Assembly: GCA_046484135.1 (NCBI GenBank)
Contig: JAWOBU010000129.1
Location: forward strand, 1 to 10,091
Direction: 5' to 3'
Source: a bacterium
GTDB taxonomy: Bacteria > RBG-13-61-14 > DATKZS01
Length of the DNA stretch: 10,091 nt
Below are positions 1-7,448 of this stretch, one piece after another; position 1 is the stretch's first letter, and each line of letters opens with the position of its first letter. The notes under the pieces were generated by a model. It searched no databases. It was not told where the DNA came from and saw only the letters and a list, made by a program, of their open reading frames with translations. Made by a program: the position numbers and the translations under genes.

Positions 1-2231
1 CTGGACTCGGCCTGCTCCTGGGTGGTGCGCGCCACGCCATGCACCCTTTCGGTGGCCTGGTGGGTGCTTTCCAGTATCTGGGCCAGGGAGTTACTGGCCT
101 GGTCCGCCAGCTTGACCCCTTCTTCCACCGCGCGCGTGCCTTCTTCCACCGCTCCCACCGCCTGGCGGGACTCGTCCTGTACGCCCCGGATAAGCTGGTG
201 TATCTCGCGGGTGCTGCCCGAGGTCCGGTCAGCGAGCTGTTTGATCTCGTCGGCGACCACTGCGAACCCGCGGCCGTGCTCTCCCGCCTGGGCGGCGATG
301 ATGGCGGCGTTCAGGGCGAGCAGGTTGGTCTGGTTTGCTATGTCGTCAATGACTTTCACGATCTTCCCGATCTCCTCGACGCGGCCTCCGAGCCTCTCGA
401 TGACCTGCCGGGCGGAGTGGACCACTTCCGAGATGTCGTTTATTCCCCGGGTCACCTGGGAGACAGCCTCGACCCCGGCCTCGGCGTCCTTGATCACCGA
501 CTCGCTCCACTGCGCGGTCTCGTTGGTGTTCTGTTCCACCTGCCGGATGGAGGCGTCCATCTCGGCCATGCTGGATGCGGTCTCTTCGGTCAGGGAGGAG
601 AGGTTGGACACGTTTTCCGCCACCTGGTCCAGTGCCGCGGTGGTCTCGTTTATGGAGCTCGACACGTCGCCGATGGACTGGTTCAGGATGTCCACGTTCT
701 CGTTGATCTTCTTGATGGCGGCCCCCATCTCGAAGATGGAGCTCGAGCTCTCCTCTGCGGACGCGGACAGGGTCTCGACGTTCTCGGCGATCCCCTGGAT
801 GGTCTGGTCCATCTCGGTCATGGCCGCGGACACGTCTTCCACCGCCTCTTCTTGTTGCCTGGAGCCTTGGGTGGTCGAGCCCAGCGCCTGCCGGATGGAG
901 CCGGTGGCTTCGTCAAGGCTTTTGGTCGCGTTCTGGATGCGCATTATGACCGAGCCCAGTTGCCCGCTCATGCGGCGAACGCTCAAGGACAGGTCGCCGA
1001 GCTCGTCATTGGCGTGATAGAACACGTCCTGGTGGATTTTCCCTTCGGTGATGTCCTCCATGAAGTCCACCAGCCGGGCGATGGGCTGTGATATCTCGCG
1101 GGCGATCTGGACCACGACCCCGGCGGAGAGAAGGACCACCAGGATCATGAGAATGCCGGATATCCAGATAAAGCTGTCCAACTGGCTGCGGTAGGTCTGC
1201 CAGGGGTAGCCGAAGATCATGTAGTAGGTTTTGGCGTCTTCGCCTTCTCCTTTCCGGAACCTGCGGGAGACGTCTATCTGGGGACCGAAGTTGTTGAAGG
1301 TATAAGCGAAGTCGCTTTTTTTTGTCCGGTGTTTGTTCCGGAGGATTTCGACCACCAGCTCCGGAAACTCCTCCTCGTAGGGCTGTTGGGAGATCAGGTC
1401 GAAATACTCGTCTTCCTGCCGGGTTACCAGGAAAATCCTGGTCGGGTCTTTTTCGTCTTCCAGGAGCTCGGCAATGACTTCCTGGCGGTAACCGGTATCG
1501 GTAAGGTTTTCCCAGTTTACCCCCCCCATCTTCTCCGCCGAGTACTGGATTTGCTTGGACTTGTTTTTCCCCACCCAGTTCTGGAGGGTATTGGCCGCCT
1601 GCCGGTATCCCGCGATCTCCGCCAGGTACAGGCTCAAGGCGACGAGCAGGATAAGGGTGATGAGCAGGACCCTCTTCATGGAGACCCTGATGAAGTTCGC
1701 TTCCCCGTTCAGGGTCTGGGGTGCTTTGTGCACGATCAGACCCACCACCGGGTCCAGTATTTGCCTCCACCTGTAAAACTGGAAGATGGTGATGATAAGA
1801 GATGCGGCGATAACGCCCAGCCACAGCACGGTGAAGTCGGCCAGGGTCAGCTTGCCATCGGTGGCCCAGAGCGCTCCCATGGCGGCAAAGAACCCTCCCA
1901 CTACCCAGGCGGCGAATCCGAACAAGGGCATGAGCACGGGAAAGTCCAGCATGGCTTTCAAGGCCTGCTGGGCCGTGACCTCGCCGGTTTCTCCCTTCTC
2001 CAGGAACTCCGAGGCCTGCTTCCATCGCCTTTTCATCAGGACCTCGGAGTGGTAGGTCACCATGGCTGCGGTGGGCAGGACCATCCAGGCGAGCGCGGCT
2101 ATGATAAGCCCGCCGGTTATGGTAGGGATCAAGACCCAGATGTAAGCGATCAGGAGGGCGATGCCGCCGAAGGTGAGGATGGCTATCCAGAGGTCTATTT
2201 TGCGCTTGGCTTGTTTTACTTGGGGATGCAT
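1..2231 (-). CDS. Methyl-accepting chemotaxis protein (6 TM + extracytoplasmic domain + HAMP + extended signalling domain); 3' end lies outside the window
   Basis: Hand translation from ATG at 2231 ([19 protein letters not shown]...) stays open to the window edge (743 codons). It has a SD-like AGGAG upstream, overlapping the previous stop. HAMP pattern [46 protein letters not shown] lies at ~957-1094. The MCP hairpin-tip signature [37 protein letters not shown] lies at ~231-341. The ORF track omits it because no stop falls in the window. Confidence 0.96.
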   Translation of the reverse strand, partial: MHPQVKQAKRKIDLWIAILTFGGIALLIAYIWVLIPTITGGLIIAALAWMVLPTAAMVTYHSEVLMKRRWKQASEFLEKGETGEVTAQQALKAMLDFPVLMPLFGFAAWVVGGFFAAMGALWATDGKLTLADFTVLWLGVIAASLIITIFQFYRWRQILDPVVGLIVHKAPQTLNGEANFIRVSMKRVLLITLILLVALSLYLAEIAGYRQAANTLQNWVGKNKSKQIQYSAEKMGGVNWENLTDTGYRQEVIAELLEDEKDPTRIFLVTRQEDEYFDLISQQPYEEEFPELVVEILRNKHRTKKSDFAYTFNNFGPQIDVSRRFRKGEGEDAKTYYMIFGYPWQTYRSQLDSFIWISGILMILVVLLSAGVVVQIAREISQPIARLVDFMEDITEGKIHQDVFYHANDELGDLSLSVRRMSGQLGSVIMRIQNATKSLDEATGSIRQALGSTTQGSRQQEEAVEDVSAAMTEMDQTIQGIAENVETLSASAEESSSSIFEMGAAIKKINENVDILNQSIGDVSSSINETTAALDQVAENVSNLSSLTEETASSMAEMDASIRQVEQNTNETAQWSESVIKDAEAGVEAVSQVTRGINDISEVVHSARQVIERLGGRVEEIGKIVKVIDDIANQTNLLALNAAIIAAQAGEHGRGFAVVADEIKQLADRTSGSTREIHQLIRGVQDESRQAVGAVEEGTRAVEEGVKLADQASNSLAQILESTHQATERVHGVARTTQEQAES
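507..842 (-). repeat. Four tandem degenerate 28-aa (84-nt) repeats in the MCP cytoplasmic coiled coil
   Basis: [28 protein letters not shown] / [28 protein letters not shown] / [28 protein letters not shown] / [28 protein letters not shown] align without gaps. Confidence 0.85.
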
Positions 2232-2244
2232 TCAGGGTTCTCTC

Positions 2245-2550
2245 CTAGTGGACACTGCTCGCCGAAGACAGGCCTTCCCCGCCGCTCATCCCGAGCGGCG
2301 ACCGGGTCCAGGCGTCCCGGCAGGGCTTACAAAGAACAAAAGAAATTTTCTGGACAACCTCGTTTATGAGCTCCTCTTCGCTCTTCCGTTCGATCTGGCG
2401 CCACATCTGTTCGGGCTCGAGGGAGGAGCCCTCGTCATTCACGTGCCCGTCGAAATCAGCGACAATATGAACGGTAACAATGTACCGCGTCTGCCCTTTC
2501 TGGAAAGCACCTCCGCAACGGGAACAGTATTGTAAAGTTTCACGCGACAT
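2245..2550 (-). CDS. Small hypothetical protein with two CxxC pairs (putative C4 zinc-binding protein), 101 aa
   Basis: CSRCG near the N-terminus and LCKPCR near the C-terminus flank a beta-like stretch (RYIVTVHIVAD) and an acidic helical region. It lies just downstream of a predicted promoter, and its TAG is 13 nt before the MCP start. The SD candidate (GGAGG plus a G-run) is rather far from the ATG. Confidence 0.8.
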   Translation of the reverse strand: MSRETLQYCSRCGGAFQKGQTRYIVTVHIVADFDGHVNDEGSSLEPEQMWRQIERKSEEELINEVVQKISFVLCKPCRDAWTRSPLGMSGGEGLSSASSVH

Positions 2551-2619
2551 GGGAGCTTATAAATCCCCCCCCTCCGGCACCTCGGCATTAATCGCCGGTT
2601 GAAAATCTTTATTTTGAAA

Positions 2620-2648
2620 ATTATAAGCCAGCCACCGGTTAAACACAA
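2620..2648 (-). promoter_or_regulatory. Predicted sigma70 promoter for the zinc-ribbon/MCP pair
   Basis: Minus strand reads TTGTGT (2648-2643), 17-nt spacer, perfect TATAAT (2625-2620), in an AT-rich patch downstream of the rpoD terminator. Confidence 0.65.
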
Positions 2649-2714
2649 GTGTTAAAGAAACAGCATGCGTGCGGCTTCCCACAGGTCCCGGCGAAACCTG
2701 CAAGCCCGCCGGCC

Positions 2715-2747
2715 AAAATAAAAAAGCCCCGCTCGAGACGGGGCTTT
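2715..2747 (-). terminator. Intrinsic terminator of the rpsU-yqeY-dnaG-rpoD operon
   Basis: Minus strand: AAAGCCCCG-tctcgag-CGGGGCTTT then TTTATTTT, starting 18 nt after the rpoD stop. T-rich sequence on the plus side may make it partly bidirectional. Confidence 0.9.
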
Positions 2748-2765
2748 CAGCTTTTGTTTTTCTTT

Positions 2766-4580
2766 TCAGCCTTCAATGAAAATCTTGAGCCTCTTGGACC
2801 GGGAGACGTGTCTTAGCTTGCGCAGGGCCTTGGCCTCGATCTGCCGGATCCTCTCCCGGGTCACGTCAAAGTCCTGTCCCACTTCTTCCAGGGTGTGATC
2901 TGACCCTTCCCCGATCCCGAATCGCATACGGAGGACCTTCTCTTCCCGGGGGGTCAGGGATTGAAGCACGTCCTCGGTCTGGTCCGCCAGGCTCTTCGAG
3001 GTCACCGACTCCATGGGCGAAGCGACCGCCCGGTCCTCGATAAAGTCCCCCAATCTGGAGTCGTCCTCCTCGCCTATGGGTATCTCCAGGCTGATGGGCT
3101 CCTTGGCTATCTTCAGGACCTTTCTCACCTTGTCCACCGGCATCTCCATCTTGTAGGCCAGCTCCTCGGGAGTGGGCTCCCTTCCCTGTTGCTGGACCAG
3201 GTACCTGCTGGTCCGGATGAGCTTGTTGATGGTCTCGATCATGTGCACGGGAATCCTTATGGTCCGGGCCTGGTCGGCAATGGCCCGCGTGATCGCCTGT
3301 CTGATCCACCAGGTGGCGTAAGTGGAGAACTTGTATCCCCGCTGGTACTCGAACTTGTCCACCGCTTTCATCAGACCTATGTTCCCTTCCTGGATCAGGT
3401 CCAGGAACTGGAGACCCCGGTTGGTGTACTTCTTGGCTATGTTGACCACCAGCCGAAGGTTGGCCTCGACAAGCTCGGCCTTGGCCTGCCTGACCTTGTT
3501 CTCGCTTTTCTGGATGTTGCTTACCGCCTTCTTCAGGCTCTCCCGGTTCATGGCCGCTTCTTGCTCGATGCGTTTTATCTTTCGCCGGGAGTTCTTGAGC
3601 TGTCTCTCCCAGCTCATGACCTTTTCCGCCTCGACGCCCAGCTCTTTTTCCACCTTCTTTCTTTCCCGGCTGCCCTGCTTGACCTTGCGGATGGCCTCCT
3701 GCAGCTTGTCCGAGCTTACCCCCGCTTTTTTCTCCACCGACCTTATTTCGCCCTCCGCCGACTTGAGCTCGCGGGCCAGCCCCTCCAGCTTGGCGATTAT
3801 CTTTTCCCGCTGTCGGTCGGAGAGCTTGAGCTCGTTGATCTTTGCAAGCAGGGTCTCCTGGTGCTTCTCCATCTCGGATTTCAGCTTGGCTTTTCTTTTT
3901 TTGGCCACCTTGGACTTGGTCATCTCCACCTGGCAGGCATAGATTTTTCGGCAGAGGTCTCTTATCTCTTCCAGCAGCTCGGGCGCCAGGTTCTGTTGCT
4001 CGTCTACCTCATAGTCCATGGCGTCCAGTTGTTCCTGGTTCTCTTCGTCCACCAGATCGAGGGAGTCCTCGCTTATCTCGCCCGTCTCCTCCATAAGCGC
4101 CTTCTCCGCCCGCCGCTGCTGATCGAGCAGGAACTTCTCCGCCATGTGGCTGACTTCCTGCACCGTAACCGGGCAGTTCAGGATGGTCCGGAGCACCTCG
4201 TCCTTGGCGCTCTCGATCCGCTTCGCTATCTCGACCTCGCCCTCCCGGCTTAAAAGATGATAGCTTCCCATCTCCCGCAGGTACATGCGGACCGGGTCAA
4301 TCGCCTTGATGTCGTTTTCCGTCTCTTCCAGGGAATCAAAGGTCCCCTCCCGGGAGTCCTCCCCCACCGAGTCGGCTCCCATGACCTTCTCGGACCCCTG
4401 GCCGGACTCGACTATCTTGATGTCCATCTCTCCGAACAGGGACATCAGGTCGTCAAGCTGCTCGGAGTTGACCATGTGGTCCGGCAACCCGTCGTTGACC
4501 TCGTCATAGGTCAGAAAGCCCTTCGATTTTCCGCGGTCGATCAGTTTGGTGATCTCGTTAGAGTCCTTCTTTTTGGGCAT
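2766..4580 (-). CDS. rpoD: RNA polymerase primary sigma factor sigma70 (604 aa from the preferred start)
   Basis: Contains region 1.1, region 1.2 [11 protein letters not shown], a long non-conserved region, region 2 [40 protein letters not shown] and region 4 [31 protein letters not shown] at 4580 is preferred over 4601 because AAGGAG lies 9 nt upstream of it. Confidence 0.98.
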   Translation of the reverse strand: MPKKKDSNEITKLIDRGKSKGFLTYDEVNDGLPDHMVNSEQLDDLMSLFGEMDIKIVESGQGSEKVMGADSVGEDSREGTFDSLEETENDIKAIDPVRMYLREMGSYHLLSREGEVEIAKRIESAKDEVLRTILNCPVTVQEVSHMAEKFLLDQQRRAEKALMEETGEISEDSLDLVDEENQEQLDAMDYEVDEQQNLAPELLEEIRDLCRKIYACQVEMTKSKVAKKRKAKLKSEMEKHQETLLAKINELKLSDRQREKIIAKLEGLARELKSAEGEIRSVEKKAGVSSDKLQEAIRKVKQGSRERKKVEKELGVEAEKVMSWERQLKNSRRKIKRIEQEAAMNRESLKKAVSNIQKSENKVRQAKAELVEANLRLVVNIAKKYTNRGLQFLDLIQEGNIGLMKAVDKFEYQRGYKFSTYATWWIRQAITRAIADQARTIRIPVHMIETINKLIRTSRYLVQQQGREPTPEELAYKMEMPVDKVRKVLKIAKEPISLEIPIGEEDDSRLGDFIEDRAVASPMESVTSKSLADQTEDVLQSLTPREEKVLRMRFGIGEGSDHTLEEVGQDFDVTRERIRQIEAKALRKLRHVSRSKRLKIFIEG

Positions 4581-4608
4581 TTGAGTGGTCTCCTTCCGCA
4601 TAAATTAT

Positions 4609-6420
4609 TTAAGGGCTTTGCCGCCGGTCGGCGCTGGTGGCGGCGAGCCTTCTCTGCCTGTTTTCCAGATCCTGTTGTTTCTCCAACAGGGACCGCCAGA
4701 GCTCCAGGTCTCCTTTTTGATGGGCCTGGTTCATCTCGATCCGGTTCTTTTGCATAAGTTGCATCAGGTGGCGGTGGTTTATGGTATGGGCTAGATCATT
4801 CATGACTTTGTCTATGGCTCCGGCGAAGGGATCATCTTCTAGGATAACACGCGTTATCCAATCCGAAAGGGCGGGGTCGGAAATTTTCTGGATATAAGCG
4901 GCAGGGTCCAGCTTGCCGGTATCGGCGTGGGTGTCAATGAGGTTCTGCACGAACCCGGCAAGCTCCACGCTCTCCAGCTTGGAAGCCAACTCCTCCTGTC
5001 GGACCCTGGTTGCGGTCTCGGGATGGTTGATCAAAACCCGCACCAGGTCGAGCTCCGCCGAGTTATAGCTTTCCGGGCCCTGCCCGGCTTTTTCCCCCTC
5101 TCCGGCTTCTTCCCGTCGCTTCGGCTTTTTCAAGCGGGGTTTTATGTCGGCAGCGGGTATGCCGGAGGCCTCGGCCAGCTCTTGTACAAAGATGTTTCGC
5201 TCGATCGGGTCCTGTACCCTTCCTATCATTTCCGCGGCCTCCGCTACCGCGCGGGAGAGCTCCCGGGGGGTCCCGCCCGCCTGTCTCAAAAGGTGGTTCA
5301 TGTAATGCCGGAGCAGGGGAGGGCTTTCTTCCAGAAGGGATTCAAACTCTTCCCTGGAATGAGACCGGATAAAGTCGTCCGGGTCTTTCCCTTCCGGCAT
5401 GATAACCACCCGGGGGCTCAGGCCGCCCTCCAGGAAGACCTCGAGGGACCGGAAGCTGGCCCGGGTGCCGGCTTCGTCGGGGTCGAACACCATGAACACG
5501 TCCGCGGCGTAGCGCTTCAAGGCATAGGCGTGTTCCCTGGTCAAGGCGGTTCCCAGGGTGGCCACCGCGTAGGGGATGCCGGCTTGGTGGAGAGCGATCT
5601 GGTCCATGTATCCTTCCACTATGACCGCCCGGTTGGTTTTTCTGATGGCCTCCTTGGCTTGATAGAGGCCGAAGAACCCGGAGCCCTTTTTAAAGACGGG
5701 GGTCTCCGGGGTGTTCAGGTACTTGGGCTGGTCGGGATGGTCCTCTATGAGCCTGCCGCCGAAACCCCGGACCCGGCCCTGCACGTCCATGATGGGAAAC
5801 ATGAGCCTTTCCCGGAACCGGTCATAGTAGCCTCCGCCCTGCTTCCTGGGAATGATGAGGCCCGCGGCATACAGGTCCGAAGCCTCGATCCCTTTTTCAA
5901 CCAGGGAGTCCATGGCGGTGCTCCAGCCGCCGGGCGCATATCCCAAGCCGTAGCGCTTTATGGTTTCCTGGGAGAGTCCCCTTTGATCAAGGTAGTCGCG
6001 GGCTTTCTGTCCCTGTTCCGACTCGAGGAGGGTATTGCGGAACAGGCGGGCCGCGGCCAGGTTGGCCTCGAAGATCCTTTCGTTCTGCCTTTCCTTTTCC
6101 TTCTCCTCTTCCGGCACCTCCCGTTCGGGAAGCGAGACCCCGGCCCGTTCGGCCAGTGTCTTCAGAGCTTCGTGGAAGTTCATCCCTTCCTTCTTCATGA
6201 GAAAGGTGAACACGTTCCCGGACTCGCCGCACCCGAAGCACTTGAATATGCCTTTTTCGTCGTGGACCTTGAAGGAGGGGGTCTTCTCGTTATGGAAAGG
6301 ACAGAGTCCTTTATAGTTGGCCCCGTCTTTCTGGAGGCGCACGTAATCCTCCACCACCTCTTTTATGCTTGTCCGGTCCTTGATCTCTTCGATGATATGT
6401 TGGGGAGTTCGTTGGCTCAT
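4609..6420 (-). CDS. dnaG: DNA primase, 603 aa
   Basis: CHC2 zinc finger CPFHNEKTPSF...CFGC, DRFRERLMFPI, KYLNTPET and TOPRIM motifs VEGYMD, TLGTA, FDPDEAG, DPD. Canonical position directly upstream of rpoD. Confidence 0.98.
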   Translation of the reverse strand: MSQRTPQHIIEEIKDRTSIKEVVEDYVRLQKDGANYKGLCPFHNEKTPSFKVHDEKGIFKCFGCGESGNVFTFLMKKEGMNFHEALKTLAERAGVSLPEREVPEEEKEKERQNERIFEANLAAARLFRNTLLESEQGQKARDYLDQRGLSQETIKRYGLGYAPGGWSTAMDSLVEKGIEASDLYAAGLIIPRKQGGGYYDRFRERLMFPIMDVQGRVRGFGGRLIEDHPDQPKYLNTPETPVFKKGSGFFGLYQAKEAIRKTNRAVIVEGYMDQIALHQAGIPYAVATLGTALTREHAYALKRYAADVFMVFDPDEAGTRASFRSLEVFLEGGLSPRVVIMPEGKDPDDFIRSHSREEFESLLEESPPLLRHYMNHLLRQAGGTPRELSRAVAEAAEMIGRVQDPIERNIFVQELAEASGIPAADIKPRLKKPKRREEAGEGEKAGQGPESYNSAELDLVRVLINHPETATRVRQEELASKLESVELAGFVQNLIDTHADTGKLDPAAYIQKISDPALSDWITRVILEDDPFAGAIDKVMNDLAHTINHRHLMQLMQKNRIEMNQAHQKGDLELWRSLLEKQQDLENRQRRLAATSADRRQSP

Positions 6421-6483
6421 TTTTTTGCGTTTCAGACAGGCCCAGCCCGTCCTGTATTTGCGATCAGCCGTTTTTTATATCCG

Positions 6484-6502
6484 CCGGACCTTCTCGGTCC
6501 GG
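6484..6502. other. GC-rich hairpin in the yqeY-dnaG intergenic region
   Basis: CCGGACC-ttctc-GGTCCGG is a perfect 7-bp stem. No U-tract follows on the sense (minus) strand; GTTTGATTT follows on the plus strand. Confidence 0.5.
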
Positions 6503-6557
6503 GTTTGATTTCGGGAGGAAGTGATATTAATAAGATGCTTTTTGTATAGGACACGGT

Positions 6558-7004
6558 TTATGAAGATAACTGCTTTTTCACCTCTTCGCTTATCTCTTTG
6601 CCGGAGGCCCTGCCTTCAAACTTTCCTTTCAACGCCTTCATGACTTTGCCCATGTCGGAGGGTTTCTCGGCGCCCGCTTCCCGGATGGCTGTCGCCACCA
6701 TGCTTTCTGTCTCTTCCCGGGTTAGTGGCTTTGGCATAAGTTCATAGAGGATTTGGAGCTCCTCTTTCTCCCGCCCCATAAGGTCTTCTCTGCCGCCTTT
6801 TTCGTAAGCTTGTACCGACTCCTCCCTCTGCTTTTTCAGCCGCGCCAGCACCCGGATCACACCGCTGTCGTCCAGCTCGGTGTTGCCGTCTATCTCCGCC
6901 TTTTGAATGGCGTCCCTTATCAAACGAAAGGCCGCCACGCGGGACTGATTCCTGTCCTTCATGGCGGCCTTCATCTGGTCGAATATTTCCGATTTGAGAT
7001 CCAT
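6558..7004 (-). CDS. yqeY: GatB/YqeY domain protein, 148 aa
   Basis: Family-typical pattern MKAAMK...RLI...KQREES..AYEKGGREDL...E..E..IL...MP..L...DMGKVM. Length and position between rpsU and dnaG also fit. Confidence 0.93.
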   Translation of the reverse strand: MDLKSEIFDQMKAAMKDRNQSRVAAFRLIRDAIQKAEIDGNTELDDSGVIRVLARLKKQREESVQAYEKGGREDLMGREKEELQILYELMPKPLTREETESMVATAIREAGAEKPSDMGKVMKALKGKFEGRASGKEISEEVKKQLSS

Positions 7005-7036
7005 TTATACCGGATTCCCCAAACCCTTATTCATTT

Positions 7037-7249
7037 CTACCTGTGGTTCGTGTACCTTTGTTGCTTGCGCAACTTCTTCAGCATCCTTTTCCTTGCAGCG
7101 AGAGCTTTCTTCTTGCGTTTGATGGAGGGCTTCTCGTAATGCTCTCTTTTCCGGATCTCGGAGAGCACACCCGCTTTTTCGCATTGCTTTTTAAAACGTC
7201 GAACCGCGTTTTCAAAACTCTCGTTGTCTTTTACAACGATGCCCGGCAA
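7037..7249 (-). CDS. rpsU: 30S ribosomal protein S21, 70 aa, TTG start
   Basis: (M)[54 protein letters not shown]. The SD-like AAGGGGGTG sits 6 nt before TTG at 7249, so the ORF-track start at 7285 is probably too long. Confidence 0.97.
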   Translation of the reverse strand: MPGIVVKDNESFENAVRRFKKQCEKAGVLSEIRKREHYEKPSIKRKKKALAARKRMLKKLRKQQRYTNHR

Positions 7250-7278
7250 ATTTTTCACCCCCTTAACTTTGAAGGCTC

Positions 7279-7307
7279 TTAACAAAGGTCCTTTCAGATT
7301 GTATAAT
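7279..7307 (+). promoter_or_regulatory. Near-consensus sigma70 promoter on the plus strand, inside the predicted rpsU leader
   Basis: TTAACA (7279-7284), 17-nt spacer, TATAAT (7302-7307): 11 of 12 consensus matches. Confidence 0.55.
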
Positions 7308-7380
7308 GGAGTCTTCCCGCGGTCTTTCTCTGCATCGGTCCCGGCTTTCCGGAAAGACCCCTTTTTCGCATCAAATTTTT

Positions 7381-7408
7381 ATGCTAGCATAGCGCTGTTA
7401 TTTGTCAA
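7381..7408 (-). promoter_or_regulatory. Predicted sigma70 promoter of the rpsU operon
   Basis: Minus strand reads perfect TTGACA (7408-7403), 16-nt spacer ending in TGc, then TAGCAT (7386-7381), i.e. an extended -10. An A/T-rich UP-element-like tract lies upstream at ~7412-7434. Confidence 0.7.
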
Positions 7409-7448
7409 GTGTTAAAATCTCATTATTTTATTTTGAGAGAGGCAACAA

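Noticed and set aside
22..2535. Long plus-strand ORFs (22..1017, 39..1091, 1329..2369, 2161..2535 and others) and the minus-strand ORF 1006..2025
   Set aside because: They are antisense or off-frame shadows of the MCP and zinc-ribbon genes in GC-rich DNA, with no recognisable motifs. The MCP frame explains the region.
1520..2572. C8 tracts at 1520-1527 (inside the MCP) and 2565-2572 (upstream of the zinc-ribbon gene) as phase-variation sites
   Set aside because: Eight-base runs are borderline, the MCP frame is intact, and there is no read-level evidence of length variation.
2599..2630. Fur-box interpretation of the TTGAAAAT repeats
   Set aside because: Only half-sites match. Each candidate has four mismatches in the second half of a TGAAAAT-N-ATTTTCA-type palindrome.
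2639..2655. CtrA-like TTAA-N7-TTAA site
   Set aside because: The spacing is N9, not N7, and the organism does not look alphaproteobacterial.
2551..2765. tRNA or other known ncRNA downstream of rpoD, where some bacteria have one
   Set aside because: No cloverleaf or T-loop GTTCRA motif is visible. The terminator and promoter account for most of the spacer.
2866..7282. Overlapping ORFs 2866..3309, 2961..4253, 3322..3942, 4257..4757, 4927..6549, 6753..7139, 7043..7282 and similar
   Set aside because: They are shadows of rpoD, dnaG, yqeY and rpsU with no independent coding signal.
4581..7285. ORF-track starts at 4601 (rpoD) and 7285 (rpsU)
   Set aside because: SD position and family N-termini favour 4580 (ATG) and 7249 (TTG).
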